From assembly GCA_947503245.1 (NCBI GenBank), contig CANNCV010000003.1, positions 6,283 to 70,282 of the forward strand: a DNA stretch of 64,000 nucleotides, read 5' to 3'. A program made the position numbers and the translations under genes. This DNA is from an uncultured Sphingomonadaceae bacterium (GTDB lineage: Bacteria; Pseudomonadota; Alphaproteobacteria; Sphingomonadales; Sphingomonadaceae). Below the pieces are notes generated by a model. The model was not told the origin of the DNA and searched no databases. It saw nothing but the letters and a program-made list of their open reading frames with translations. This document shows, in pieces, positions 17,652 to 28,607 of this stretch. How positions within the stretch are numbered: position 1 is the stretch's first letter; the number at the start of each line of letters is the position of its first letter.

Positions 17652-18434
17652 ATGTCCCGCAAACCTCCGGCAGAGCCAAGCAACAATTTTGATATTATGC
17701 CTTTGGTAAATATCATGCGGCAACTGCGTGATCCAGACAATGGATGCCCTTGGGATGTTGCGCAAAACTTCTCCACTATAGCCCCCTACACCATTGAGGA
17801 GGCTTATGAGGTCGAAGACGCCATCGCTCAGGGTGACATGAATGAGCTGAAGAATGAATTGGGTGATTTGCTGCTACAAATCATATTTCATAGCCAAATG
17901 GCCGATGAAGCAGGCAGTTTTGCACTGAATGATGTGATTACAGCCATTTGTGACAAAATGACACGGCGTCACCCGCATGTTTTTGGTGAAGCGGATAAAA
18001 AAGATTGGGATTGGGAAGAACTGAAGACGGAAGAACGCGGTGCTAAAGGCCAAAATAGCGCTATGGACGACATTGCGCTCTCCCTCCCTGCCGCAATGCG
18101 CGCTCAGAAAATACAGAAACGCGCCGCTAAAACGGGCTTTGACTGGCCAGATGCAGCCAGTTGTGCAGAAAAAATTGCAGAGGAACAGCGCGAATTGTTT
18201 GAGGCCAAAAATGCAGCAGAACAGCATGAGGAAGCTGGCGACTTGCTTTTTGCCGCGATCAACCTCGTACGGCACTATAAAGTCGATGCAGAAACGGCTT
18301 TGCGCGATGCTAATCGCAAATTTGAGCGGCGTTTTCGCGCAATGGAAGATATGGCAGATGGGCGTTTCAACGCGCTAACATTGGATGAAAAAGAGGAACT
18401 TTGGCAGGCTGTAAAACTCAAGCAGCATCCATAA
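17652..18434 (+). CDS. mazG: Nucleoside triphosphate pyrophosphohydrolase MazG
   Basis: LRDPDNGCPWD, IEEAYEV, ELGDLLLQ, RRHPHVF, EAGDLLF. Confidence 0.95.
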   Translation: MSRKPPAEPSNNFDIMPLVNIMRQLRDPDNGCPWDVAQNFSTIAPYTIEEAYEVEDAIAQGDMNELKNELGDLLLQIIFHSQMADEAGSFALNDVITAICDKMTRRHPHVFGEADKKDWDWEELKTEERGAKGQNSAMDDIALSLPAAMRAQKIQKRAAKTGFDWPDAASCAEKIAEEQRELFEAKNAAEQHEEAGDLLFAAINLVRHYKVDAETALRDANRKFERRFRAMEDMADGRFNALTLDEKEELWQAVKLKQHP

Positions 18435-19758
18435 TGATGTTATCATTCTTCAGTTTTTGCCGGAAATAGGACCAATCGGCATTTTCCATACGCACGATAA
18501 GGTTGTGATATTGCTCATCGCTATAATCATTCAAAATAGTGCCATGCCTATATAACCAAGCCAGAGCTTCACCTTCTTTGTGATCCAGGCTAACCTTATA
18601 GCTATGATGGCCCTCCGTCAGCAACGCACTCATCAAGTTGCTTGCCTTGTCGACGCCATCCCCATTGATGGCCGACACCAATTCAACCGGATAAGCTTGC
18701 GATTCTGCATGCATCGCCAATTCGGCGAGCCGCTCATCATCTAGCAAATCCGTCTTGTTCCACAGCTCAATCAGCGGGGTACCGTCCAGATTATCTTCAT
18801 GGCGCAAATCCACCCCAATTTCAGCCAACACAGTCTCAACATCATCCTTTTGCGACAATGTTAAAGGGTGCGAAATATCGCGGACATGGACAATGATATC
18901 AGCGCTCAAAACCTCTTCAAGCGTGGCACGGAATGCTGCGATCAATTGGGTTGGCAGGTCTGAAACAAAACCAACGGTATCTGACATCATAGCCTTGCCA
19001 AAGGATGGAAGCTCAATCGCCCGCAATGTTGGGTCCAAAGTGGCAAACAGCATGTCTTTGGCCATGACATCACTATCCGTTAACCGGTTGAACAGCGTTG
19101 ATTTTCCAGCATTTGTATAGCCAACAAGAGCGATTAATGGCCGCCCTTCCCTTTGTCTCCGGCTGCGGTGTAGAGTACGCGTTTTGATGACCTGTCCGAG
19201 TTCCCGTCGTAATTTTGCACGGCGGGTATTGAGCATACGACGGTCAGATTCAATCTGAGTCTCACCTGGACCACCAAGAAAGCCATAACCACCGCGTTGG
19301 CGTTCCAAGTGAGTCCAGCTGCGCACCAAGCGGCCGGCCTGATAATCAAGGTGCGCCAGCTCGACTTGCAAACGTCCCTCTTGCGTGGCTGCACGCTCTC
19401 CGAATACTTCCAAAATCAACCCGGTACGATCGATCACTTTAACTTTCAGTCGCTCTTCCAGATTTCTTTGTTGGATAGCGCTTAAAGCGCCATCGACAAT
19501 GAGTAGCTTGAGCGAGTGCGCAGCAATTATGCTTGCAATTTCATCAAGCTGACCGCCGCCGAACAAAATACCCGGCTTTATAGTCCGCAGCCGATATGCG
19601 CGCATTTCAACCACATTTATGCCAATTGCACGCGCAAGCCCTTCTGCTTCAAGAAGCCGCTCTTCATGCGAAATCATTGGATGATGACCGATATCGGGAT
19701 AAACGATAACCGCAGCGGCGCCCTGATCTATATTAGTGCGTTCATCCGAAAATATCAT
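18418..19758 (-). CDS. hflX: GTPase HflX
   Basis: IDRTGLILEVFGERA, LVRSWTHLERQRGG, GYTNAGKST, DTVGF, NKTD. Confidence 0.96.
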   Translation of the reverse strand: MIFSDERTNIDQGAAAVIVYPDIGHHPMISHEERLLEAEGLARAIGINVVEMRAYRLRTIKPGILFGGGQLDEIASIIAAHSLKLLIVDGALSAIQQRNLEERLKVKVIDRTGLILEVFGERAATQEGRLQVELAHLDYQAGRLVRSWTHLERQRGGYGFLGGPGETQIESDRRMLNTRRAKLRRELGQVIKTRTLHRSRRQREGRPLIALVGYTNAGKSTLFNRLTDSDVMAKDMLFATLDPTLRAIELPSFGKAMMSDTVGFVSDLPTQLIAAFRATLEEVLSADIIVHVRDISHPLTLSQKDDVETVLAEIGVDLRHEDNLDGTPLIELWNKTDLLDDERLAELAMHAESQAYPVELVSAINGDGVDKASNLMSALLTEGHHSYKVSLDHKEGEALAWLYRHGTILNDYSDEQYHNLIVRMENADWSYFRQKLKNDNIIMDAA

Positions 19759-19791
19759 AAAGAAAACTGGGTTAAGAGCATAAAGACTGCC

Positions 19792-20274
19792 TTAATCCTC
19801 AATCTCCGTTGCTGATTGAAGATCTAGCTCTTCATTGGGCTGTATCGTCGAAACGGCGTGCTTATAGGCGAGTTGAGCCATGCCTTCACGCTCTAGCAAC
19901 ATGCAAAACAGATCATATGCAGCGACATTGCCTTGCAACATTACACCATTGACCAAAAACATGGTGACAGCAGTATCAGACTGCCGAACAGCATTCAGGA
20001 AAATATCCTGTAGGCTCGGCGTCTTGGCAAGCTTCTGAGAATATTCATAAAACTCAGCCAAATCCATACGCCCTGAAGGCATGATGGTAGAAATAGCATG
20101 CTTATAAACCAGCTGTGTTTGGCCATCCCGCCGCAGCAGGATCGAGAAATTGTCAAACCATGTTACCACGCCTTGCAATTTCACGCCTTTTACCAAAAAC
20201 ATGGTTACTGGAATGCGCTGTTTGCGCAGTGCATTCAAAAACATATCCTGTAAAGATGTCGGTTTCGCCGCCAT
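19792..20274 (-). CDS. hfq: RNA chaperone Hfq with two tandem Sm domains
   Basis: SLQDMFLN...YKHAISTI followed by SLQDIFLN...YKHAVSTI; start MAAKP at 20274. Confidence 0.95.
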   Translation of the reverse strand: MAAKPTSLQDMFLNALRKQRIPVTMFLVKGVKLQGVVTWFDNFSILLRRDGQTQLVYKHAISTIMPSGRMDLAEFYEYSQKLAKTPSLQDIFLNAVRQSDTAVTMFLVNGVMLQGNVAAYDLFCMLLEREGMAQLAYKHAVSTIQPNEELDLQSATEIED

Positions 20275-20395
20275 TATTCCCCCTGATGAAACAGTGCCAG
20301 TTTCGCAATATCGATCACTGCCAGTCCCATAAATAAGATATTGCGCCAATAGCACAAGAGACAAGTAATATAGTTTTTGGTGTCTACAGTCCGAA

Positions 20396-21763
20396 TTAGT
20401 TGATTTTACGTTCGTTGAGGCCGAGTAATTTCAATTTGCGGTGCAAGGCAGAGCGTTCCATCCCCACAAATGTGGCGGTCTTGGATATATTCCCAGAGAA
20501 GCGGCGAATCTGTGTGCGCAAATATTCACGCTCAAAATTTTCTCGCGCCTCTCTCAAAGGCACGCCCGTCAAGGAAGACACTCCAAAGCCTTGCATATCT
20601 TCGTCATGCAGAATTTCGGCGGGCAGCATTTCCAGCTCAATCTGAACTTCGTGTCCCTGCGGCGCCAAAATGATGGTGCGTTCAATTACATTGCGCAATT
20701 GGCGGACATTACCAGGCCAATCATAGCTTTGGAAAGCGGCCATGGCTTCACTCCCAATTCTGGGCGAGGACATATTATGCTCGACCGCAAAACGGGCTAA
20801 GAAATGCTCTGCAAGAGCAGGAATATCATCGCGACGCTCTTTCAATGGCGGAATAGCGACAGGCACAACATTCAATCTGTAGAACAAATCTTCTCGGAAG
20901 CGCTGCTCCGCAATTTCCTGTTGCAGATCTCTTGATGTTGCGGAAACAAAGCGAACATCGACCTTAATTGGCCGGTTTCCCCCTACCCGTACAAAACTCT
21001 GATCAGTCAGGACGCGCAATATCTTCGCTTGCGTTGAAAGCGGCATATCCGCCACTTCATCAAGAAATAATGTGCCGCCATGCGCATTTTCCAGTAATCC
21101 AGCACGAACAAGCTGGCCTTGCTCCTCAAGGCCAAATAGCAATTCTTCAAAGCTGTCAGGTGTAATTCTGGCAGAATTCACCGTCACAAATGGTGCTTTG
21201 GCTCTTGGACTCCAGCTGTGCAATAAGCGGGCGGCCACTTCTTTACCCACACCGGCAGGACCGGTGATAAGCAAGCGGCTGCCTGTATTCGCAACTTTTT
21301 TTAATGTTGCGCGCACGGCATTTATCGCACTGGAATGGCCGTTTAACTCTTCTGCAACGCCCAATTTGCTCCGCAGCTGAGCATTTTCACGTTGCAAACG
21401 GTCTGTCTCTGTTGCTCGCCCGATAAGGTGTACCAGACGTTCGGTTTCAAACGGTTTTTCGATAAAGTCTAATGCACCGCGTGAAAGCGCGGAAACTGCT
21501 GTGTCAATATTGCCATGGCCAGAAAATATCAAAATGGGCATTTCCGGATGGATCAGCTTGACCTCATCAAGCAGTTCAAGACCATCTAATTTGCTGCCTT
21601 TCAGCCATACGTCAAGCAGCAGAAGTGTTGGCCTGCGTTCATTGATCGCAGCCAGTGCAGAATCGCTGTCATGCGCAGTTCTACAGCTATACCCATCATC
21701 CTCAAGCACACCTGCAACGAGTTCGCGAATATCCTGCTCATCATCGACAACTAAAATATCCAA
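20396..21763 (-). CDS. ntrX: Sigma-54-interacting response regulator NtrX
   Basis: REC domain, AAA+ ([17 protein letters not shown]), C-terminal [14 protein letters not shown]. Confidence 0.93.
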   Translation of the reverse strand: MDILVVDDEQDIRELVAGVLEDDGYSCRTAHDSDSALAAINERRPTLLLLDVWLKGSKLDGLELLDEVKLIHPEMPILIFSGHGNIDTAVSALSRGALDFIEKPFETERLVHLIGRATETDRLQRENAQLRSKLGVAEELNGHSSAINAVRATLKKVANTGSRLLITGPAGVGKEVAARLLHSWSPRAKAPFVTVNSARITPDSFEELLFGLEEQGQLVRAGLLENAHGGTLFLDEVADMPLSTQAKILRVLTDQSFVRVGGNRPIKVDVRFVSATSRDLQQEIAEQRFREDLFYRLNVVPVAIPPLKERRDDIPALAEHFLARFAVEHNMSSPRIGSEAMAAFQSYDWPGNVRQLRNVIERTIILAPQGHEVQIELEMLPAEILHDEDMQGFGVSSLTGVPLREARENFEREYLRTQIRRFSGNISKTATFVGMERSALHRKLKLLGLNERKIN

Positions 21764-21786
21764 AACTGATATCCTTCTAACTTCAC

Positions 21787-24057
21787 TTAACTATTCCGAT
21801 CATCCGGCATATTTTCATTCGCCAGCATTTCAGCAGCAGCCGTTTTATCCCCATCAAAGCTGAGCGTTACCATCGCGCCGCCAATATCAGACGCACTGAA
21901 CTCAATTTCACCAAAATGCTCTTCAACAATCTTTTTAACGATAGCGAGGCCAAGCCCCGTACCTTTGGCCCGGGTAGTGACATAGGGTTCGAAAATATGG
22001 TCGTGATCCTCAGGTAAGCCAATGCCGTTATCGGCTATGGTAATGATGGTTTTTCCATTTTCACGGCCGACAGCAACCCTTATTTCACCAGTATGAGTAT
22101 CATCTTGCTGGTCGCGATTGCCTTCCCGCGCCTCGGCGCGTGACTGGATAGCCTCCACCGCGTTTTTCAATATGTTGGTAATGGCTTGGGAGATTTGCCG
22201 GCGATCACAAGCCATCTCAAGCGCAGCGTCACTTTCTGGCGCATCAAAGATAATCTCACTATGCGCGACCTTTTGCATAAACACCGCTTGCCGCACCAGA
22301 TCAATGATATTCTCGTCTCTGAAAACCGGCTTCGGCATACGCGCAAAGGACGAAAATTCGTCAACCATGCGCCGCAAGTCACCCACCTGCCGAACGATAG
22401 TTTCAGTCAATTTGGCAAAAACATCCTCACCCTCTGTGATTTGCGAGGAAAATCTGCGTTTCAATCGTTCAGCCGCCAATTGTATAGGTGTCAGCGGGTT
22501 TTTAATCTCATGCGCAATTCTGCGCGCTACGTCTGACCAAGCCGCCTGTCTTTGATCGAGCAATTGCTGGGTGATATCTTCAAAAGTGATAACCTTACCC
22601 ATGCCGCCCTCGCCAATGCGAACGGCGAGCGTCAACAGATCATTATGCAAACGATATTGCACGACACCGCTGGTCTGTTCTGAAGCTAATAAATCAGTCA
22701 AAAATGGCGCTATGCTTGATAATGGCTGAGCATGATATTCTTGCTTACCTTCCAATAGCAACGCCTCGGCCGCGCTGTTCATCAATTGTATCCGCTCTTC
22801 ATCATCAACAGATATAATTCCGGCAGTCACTGACTCTACAACAGTCTGCATAAAGGCCCGGCGATCATCCAGCTGATGGTTGGCCGTGACCAGTGCCTTA
22901 TGCTGTCCGTCCAGCCTTTCGGTCATGGAATTAAAGGCGCGGCTCATAATAGCCAACTCATCCCGAGAGTCTTCGGTTTTTACTCTGGCCGAGAAATTGC
23001 CTTGGCTAATTTCTCGTGACGCAGCAACCAACTCCGCCAAAGGCGCCACCAGACGATCAGCAAATTTTAACGCGACCCAGAGAGCAATCGCCAATAGCAG
23101 CAATGATGCGACATATAGTGCGCCATTAAAGCGCAATTGCAAAGATTGGGTTCTTCCAGCCAGCGCATCATAATCGCGCAAGATTTCCTCTGCCCTCTCC
23201 CATTGGCTCAATGAGGATTGGCTTGAAGCACGAGAAACAAACAGAAAGATATTGGATTGCAGGTCAACCGGAGCCAGAGCTCTGATGCTATCACTGCCAT
23301 AGATTAAGGATACATCCTGCCCTTTAGCAAGATCGCTAAACATTTCATCAGTAATGCGTTCGGCCAATTCCCCTTCAGCAAGATCGACTCCGACAATGGT
23401 CCGCAAAACACCATCGCTACCACGCTCAAAAATCGCAGACTCTTGGAAACGGCGCACCAATACTTGAAAACTATATGCTTCTGCCAGTTCCGGGCTGTCT
23501 TGGTCCGCTTCCAACAGGGAGATACGCATATCTTTGGCCATGGCATCCGTTTCGGCCCGCACATTTTCTGCGCTTTGATCGCGATAACCCAATGCGAGTT
23601 CATTGGCATTTTCAAGGACCAAGCGCGCACGATCTGAATACCAAAACTCAACGCCATATTGAAACATGAGCGAAGCAAACAGCACAACCAGCAAAGTGGG
23701 CACTGCGGCAACTACCGCAAAAAGCCCGACAAGACGCGTGTGATACAGCCCTTCAGAGCCAGCAATGCTTTGCCTTGCCCGATATTTGGCAATTCTGCGC
23801 GCCAATAAGACAAGAACCAGCATGGCCGGTATTAAATTTGCAATGAGCAAGGTGGATGCCCAAACGGCCGGCAAAACACCATTGGCAACAGTACGGCTGC
23901 CTATAATATTGGTTGTAACGGCCAGCATAACCAACAAGGTAATCGCAGACGCCCATTCGAGTATCGCAAAGCTGCGCTCTCGACCAATAGCATCTTCATC
24001 TGCATGGTCTGATTTGAACCATTTGGCAACAGGGGTCAGAAAGGTTGCTGCATTCAT
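21787..24057 (-). CDS. ntrY: Sensor histidine kinase NtrY
   Basis: Periplasmic domain, HAMP, PAS, WSDVARRIAHEIKNPLTPIQL, DNGIG, GTGLGL. Confidence 0.92.
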   Translation of the reverse strand: MNAATFLTPVAKWFKSDHADEDAIGRERSFAILEWASAITLLVMLAVTTNIIGSRTVANGVLPAVWASTLLIANLIPAMLVLVLLARRIAKYRARQSIAGSEGLYHTRLVGLFAVVAAVPTLLVVLFASLMFQYGVEFWYSDRARLVLENANELALGYRDQSAENVRAETDAMAKDMRISLLEADQDSPELAEAYSFQVLVRRFQESAIFERGSDGVLRTIVGVDLAEGELAERITDEMFSDLAKGQDVSLIYGSDSIRALAPVDLQSNIFLFVSRASSQSSLSQWERAEEILRDYDALAGRTQSLQLRFNGALYVASLLLLAIALWVALKFADRLVAPLAELVAASREISQGNFSARVKTEDSRDELAIMSRAFNSMTERLDGQHKALVTANHQLDDRRAFMQTVVESVTAGIISVDDEERIQLMNSAAEALLLEGKQEYHAQPLSSIAPFLTDLLASEQTSGVVQYRLHNDLLTLAVRIGEGGMGKVITFEDITQQLLDQRQAAWSDVARRIAHEIKNPLTPIQLAAERLKRRFSSQITEGEDVFAKLTETIVRQVGDLRRMVDEFSSFARMPKPVFRDENIIDLVRQAVFMQKVAHSEIIFDAPESDAALEMACDRRQISQAITNILKNAVEAIQSRAEAREGNRDQQDDTHTGEIRVAVGRENGKTIITIADNGIGLPEDHDHIFEPYVTTRAKGTGLGLAIVKKIVEEHFGEIEFSASDIGGAMVTLSFDGDKTAAAEMLANENMPDDRNS

Positions 24058-24255
24058 TCTGTTATGATTAACGCAGGGACGTGGCAGAAGAAACACAAAT
24101 GTTGCAAAAATTCATCGCTTGGCCGTGATAAAACTGCATTTTACCGGAAACGCAGCGCTTAAACATAGCTTGCATCAAATAATATGACATATATTCGTTG
24201 CAAATCTGCATCGACACAGTTCTGTAACAATTATTTTTACACAGAAAGTGATCTA

Positions 24256-25266
24256 TTAAGCCGCAGCTGCGCGCCGCCAAGGTGCGTAGAAACGCGCCAG
24301 ATTATCCAAGACTTCACGGCCTGATTCCAACCTGTTTACATGGTTGCGAAACTCAGCTGAACCTGTCAGCCCTTTGGTGTACCATCCCAAATGTTTGCGC
24401 GCGACGCGAACGCCGATATCTTCACCATAAAGCTGCAACATGGCCTGATAATGTTCGATCAAAGTCTGATATTGCTCTTCCATATCCGGATCGGGCAGCG
24501 CCACCTTGTCCGGCCCCGATTGCATGAACCAGTGCATTACTTGTCCTAGCAACCATGGCTTTCCATATGCACCGCGACCAATCATCACACCGTCTGCCCT
24601 GCTCTGCTCTAACGCAGTTTCAGCATCGGCAATGCTGCAAATATCGCCATTAACAATAACCGGTATATTCACAGCCTCTTTAACGCTGCGGACAAAGGCC
24701 CAATCAGCCGAGCCTTTATACATTTGGTTGCGGGTTCGGCCATGCACAGTGATCATTTTAGCACCCAGATCTTCAGCAATATGGGCGAGCTCAGGCGCAT
24801 TCAGGCTATCATGGTCCCAGCCCATACGCATTTTCACGGTCACAGGCACAGAGACAGCCTTAACCGTCGCATCAATAAGCGATGCTGCCAATGGCAAGTC
24901 GCGCATGAGTGCAGAGCCAGCATCACCATTGACCACTTTCTTGACCGGACACCCCATATTGATGTCAATAATCGCTGCCCCGCGATCTTCATTAAGCTTC
25001 GCGGCTTCTGCCATTGGCCAAGGAGAGCAACCTGCCAATTGCATGGAAACCGGTTCTTCACTTGCATCCCAAGCTGCCTTTTGCAGTGATTGCCGCGTTT
25101 CGCGGATCATGGCTTCACTCGCAATCATCTCAGTAACATTTAAACCGGAACCATAACGCCGAACCAAGGTACGAAACGGCCTATCGGTCACACCAGTCAT
25201 AGGTGCCAAAATCACAGGGCATTCAATACGATGCTGACCGATGGATATAGGTGTCAAGACTGTCAT
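24256..25266 (-). CDS. dusB: tRNA-dihydrouridine synthase DusB (NifR3)
   Basis: [34 protein letters not shown]. Confidence 0.95.
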   Translation of the reverse strand: MTVLTPISIGQHRIECPVILAPMTGVTDRPFRTLVRRYGSGLNVTEMIASEAMIRETRQSLQKAAWDASEEPVSMQLAGCSPWPMAEAAKLNEDRGAAIIDINMGCPVKKVVNGDAGSALMRDLPLAASLIDATVKAVSVPVTVKMRMGWDHDSLNAPELAHIAEDLGAKMITVHGRTRNQMYKGSADWAFVRSVKEAVNIPVIVNGDICSIADAETALEQSRADGVMIGRGAYGKPWLLGQVMHWFMQSGPDKVALPDPDMEEQYQTLIEHYQAMLQLYGEDIGVRVARKHLGWYTKGLTGSAEFRNHVNRLESGREVLDNLARFYAPWRRAAAA

Positions 25267-25373
25267 AAAATCTGCTATGCTGCGCTAGGGTTGAGGAATA
25301 AGCGCCAAATAGCGCTCAATTCATGCAATCGCAAGCGTGGACATGATGTGAGCAATTTGCCAAGAGATGGGTC

Positions 25374-26597
25374 ATGAAACAATTTTACGCCGTCATCGTT
25401 GCGGCAGGCCGCGGAGAGCGCGCCGGCGGCGATATACCAAAACAGTTCCGCATCGTTCACGGTAAACCGTTATTGCTCCATAGTGTCGAAGCATTTTTGC
25501 GCTTCCCTACACTAGTAAAGCTAGTGATCGTATTGGGCGAAGGCCAGCGCGAACAAGCCATAGCCTTTCTGCCTAACAATCCCAAAATCCTCTACACACA
25601 AGGCGGAGCATCACGCCGCGAGTCCGTACATGCAGGGCTAAAATCTTTGGAAACAATAGCAAGTGACGACGCACCAACGCTCATCCATGATGCAGCGCGC
25701 CCATTTGGGCTTGATGTTGACGGCACGATATCAGCACTAATCCAAGCTCTGAATTCTGAAAAAGCCGCCGTGCCCACCCTTCCCATAGCAGACAGCATGG
25801 TGACAAATAATGGTGGCATTCTTGGACAAGCTGTTGATCGCGATGATTTTCTGCGTGTGCAAACACCGCAAGCATTTCATTTTGGCATCATCAAACATGC
25901 CCATGATATTTGGCAGGCAGATTCTACAGAACCTACTGATGATGCCCGCATGGCCCAGCATTTCGGCCATGAGGTTGCGACAGTGCGCGGCGATGAACGA
26001 TTGGCAAAGATGACCTTTGCTGAAGATTTTACCAATAATCTACCCGAAAGAATTGATGTGACAGAAAGCTCTGTACCCCCCCCTCTCTCATCAACCACCC
26101 CTTCATCCATTCGCATGGGCAATGGCTATGATGTGCATCGTTTTGAGCCGGGCGATCATATCTGGCTTTGCGGCATCAAAATTCCGCACGATCATGGGCT
26201 TAAAGGTCATAGTGATGCCGATGTCGGCCTGCACGCTCTGACCGATGCTATATTAGGCGCATTGGCGATGGGCGATATTGGCGACCATTTCCCCGATACT
26301 GACCCAGAATGGAAAGGCGCCTCTTCAGATCGGTTTTTGCAACATGCTGGCAAATTGGCACAAGCGGCCGGCTATCACATTTCCAATCTGGATGTGACTT
26401 TGATCTGTGAAGCACCCAAAATAAAACCGCACCGCGAAAATATGCGCATGAGGATTGCTGAAGTATTGGATGTGCGGCCTGATCAAGTCAGTGTAAAAGC
26501 CACTACAACAGAAGCTCTAGGGTTTACAGGACGCAAAGAAGGTATAGCCGCACAGGCCAGCGCACTTATCGTTGCCGCGCGTGAACAAGCTGATTGA
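25374..26597 (+). CDS. ispDF: Bifunctional IspD/IspF
   Basis: AAGRGERAGGDIPKQF, IHDAARP, QTPQAF, then GYDVH, HSDADV, GDIGDHFP, KATTTE. Confidence 0.95.
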   Translation: MKQFYAVIVAAGRGERAGGDIPKQFRIVHGKPLLLHSVEAFLRFPTLVKLVIVLGEGQREQAIAFLPNNPKILYTQGGASRRESVHAGLKSLETIASDDAPTLIHDAARPFGLDVDGTISALIQALNSEKAAVPTLPIADSMVTNNGGILGQAVDRDDFLRVQTPQAFHFGIIKHAHDIWQADSTEPTDDARMAQHFGHEVATVRGDERLAKMTFAEDFTNNLPERIDVTESSVPPPLSSTTPSSIRMGNGYDVHRFEPGDHIWLCGIKIPHDHGLKGHSDADVGLHALTDAILGALAMGDIGDHFPDTDPEWKGASSDRFLQHAGKLAQAAGYHISNLDVTLICEAPKIKPHRENMRMRIAEVLDVRPDQVSVKATTTEALGFTGRKEGIAAQASALIVAAREQAD

Positions 26598-26603
26598 CTG
26601 ACG

Positions 26604-27113
26604 ATGCGAGAGACCAACAATATAGACACAAATCATCAAGCTATTCCACTGTTGGCTAACCGCATTATTCAGGCCAACATTGCCGCTAACAGATTGGTAG
26701 CCGTGGCAGAAAGCTGTACTGGCGGCATGGTCAGCGCTGCGCTGACGGGCATTGCGGGTAGCTCTGCCGTGGTGGATCGCGGCTTTGTGACATACAGTAA
26801 TGAAGCAAAGTCAGAGATGTTGGGCGTCGATCCGCACATCATTACCAGTAATGGCGCGGTTTCAGAGATCGTAGCCCGTGAAATGGCCGTTGGTACCTTG
26901 CAGCACTCTCGTGCCGATATTGCTGTGTCTATAACTGGTATTGCGGGGCCCGGCGGTGGTTCGGAAGAAAAGCCGGTGGGCACAGTTATGTTTGGGCGCG
27001 CAATGAAAGGGCAAACGCCAGAAAGCTGGCACAAAGACTTTGGCTCAGAGCTTAGCCGCGCTGATATTCGTGATCAGGCGGCGTTGTTCGCATTAGAATT
27101 GCTGCTGCCATAA
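26604..27113 (+). CDS. CinA-family NMN deamidase domain protein
   Basis: AESCTGG, GFVTYSNEAK, GAVS, SITGIAGPGG. Confidence 0.92.
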   Translation: MRETNNIDTNHQAIPLLANRIIQANIAANRLVAVAESCTGGMVSAALTGIAGSSAVVDRGFVTYSNEAKSEMLGVDPHIITSNGAVSEIVAREMAVGTLQHSRADIAVSITGIAGPGGGSEEKPVGTVMFGRAMKGQTPESWHKDFGSELSRADIRDQAALFALELLLP

Positions 27114-27535
27114 AGCTCAGCCGCACGCTCTTCAAAAGCAGAGACCATTTTGCGGAAAGCCTTATCAAAATATTGCCCTGCCAGATTTTCAAAAATGCGA
27201 TTTTTGAATGCAAAGCTGACACTGAAATCCACTGCACATTGTCCGTCACCATGGGAACGAAACTTCCAGATATTCTCCAGATTGCGCAACGGCCCATCGA
27301 GATACTCCACACATATGGATTGGCCCGGCTCCTTCTTCACATGTGATGTGAATTTCTCGCGCAAATGCTTAAAACCGACGATCATATCGGCAATCATCTC
27401 AGTTTCACTATCAGATTTGATGCGGGTGCCGATAACCCATGGCAAAAACTCAGCATAGCTGCCCACATCTGCCACCAGCGCATAAACTTGCTCTGGTGTA
27501 TAAGGCAGATACCGTGTTTCGGAGTGTTGGGGCAT
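27074..27535 (-). CDS. ratA: RatA/PasT/COQ10 START-domain coenzyme Q-binding protein
   Basis: YTPEQVYALVADVGSYAEFLPW, GPLRNLENIWKF; downstream of lipA. Confidence 0.88.
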   Translation of the reverse strand: MPQHSETRYLPYTPEQVYALVADVGSYAEFLPWVIGTRIKSDSETEMIADMIVGFKHLREKFTSHVKKEPGQSICVEYLDGPLRNLENIWKFRSHGDGQCAVDFSVSFAFKNRIFENLAGQYFDKAFRKMVSAFEERAAELYGSSNSNANNAA

Positions 27536-27552
27536 GATGCGTTTGGCTTTAC

Positions 27553-28536
27553 CTAAATAGCCTTGGCCGCAAGCTGCTTATCACGCGCAGCTTTCATCTT
27601 CGCAAAATCGTCACCAGCATGATAGCTTGAACGCGTAAGCGGGCTGGATGCGACCAGCAAAAAGCCTTTCGCGCGGCCAATGGCTGCATAAGCGTCAAAG
27701 GCCTTTGGCGTTACAAAATCTATGACTTTGGCATGCTTTGGCGTAGGTTGCAGATATTGACCCATAGTCATAAAATCAATGTCCGCAGAGCGCATATCAT
27801 CCATCACCTGATGCACTTCCAGCCTTTCCTCACCCAGCCCCAACATGATGCCGGACTTGGTAAAGATGCTGGGGTCATGGCGCTTAACCTGTTCCAGCAA
27901 TCGCAAGGATGCATAATAACGCGCACCCGGACGAATGGTTGGGTAAAGGCGCGGCACCGTCTCCAGATTGTGATTATAAACATCGGGCCGTGCAGAGACG
28001 ATGGCCTCAATCGCGGCCTCTGATTTGTTCCGGAAATCGGGCGTCAAAATCTCAATAGTTGTGTTCGGGCTGGTGCGGCGCAGCGCCTCAATCACCTTCA
28101 CAAATTGGCTAGCGCCGCCATCGGGCAGATCGTCACGATCAACCGAAGTAATAACAATATGTTCCAACCCCATTTTGCCTGCTGCAATCGCTAGGTTTTC
28201 CGGCTCCATCGGGTCAACAGGGCGCGGCATACCCGTTTTCACATTACAAAAAGCGCAGGCGCGCGTGCAAACATCGCCAAGGATCATCACTGTGGCATGT
28301 TTTTTGGTCCAGCATTCGCCGATATTGGGACATGCCGCCTCTTCGCACACGGTATTCAGATTAAGCTCACGCATCAATTTGCGTGTTTCGTGAAAACCCT
28401 TGCTGACCGGTGCTTTTACACGGATCCAGTCAGGCTTACGAACCCGTTGGGAATCGGGGCGTTTATCGGGCGTTGCAGACATATCGTTCATGCAGTTGCA
28501 AATAGCGACGAGTTGGAAGTGAATCAATGCCAGCAA
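27553..28536 (-). CDS. lipA: Lipoyl synthase
   Basis: [30 protein letters not shown]-like TRSSYHA. Confidence 0.96.
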   Translation of the reverse strand: MLALIHFQLVAICNCMNDMSATPDKRPDSQRVRKPDWIRVKAPVSKGFHETRKLMRELNLNTVCEEAACPNIGECWTKKHATVMILGDVCTRACAFCNVKTGMPRPVDPMEPENLAIAAGKMGLEHIVITSVDRDDLPDGGASQFVKVIEALRRTSPNTTIEILTPDFRNKSEAAIEAIVSARPDVYNHNLETVPRLYPTIRPGARYYASLRLLEQVKRHDPSIFTKSGIMLGLGEERLEVHQVMDDMRSADIDFMTMGQYLQPTPKHAKVIDFVTPKAFDAYAAIGRAKGFLLVASSPLTRSSYHAGDDFAKMKAARDKQLAAKAI

Positions 28537-28607
28537 ACGGTAAAAGCATCATATCTCTTCCCCGTTGGCGTTGCTCACCCTCTCTAGATCGTCTATCGAA
28601 CATCGCC

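Noticed and set aside
18418-18434. mazG/hflX convergent overlap as an antisense system
   Set aside because: Only 17 bp; common at convergent gene ends
24506-25156. Long antisense ORFs (e.g. 24506-25156, 12262-12813, 54524-55093, 61428-62108, 62894-63442)
   Set aside because: They lie wholly opposite well-conserved genes and have no recognisable motifs; shadow ORFs
27074-27535. RatA as a toxin-antitoxin system
   Set aside because: No partner gene; the lipA-linked COQ10-type START protein is a conserved housekeeping arrangement
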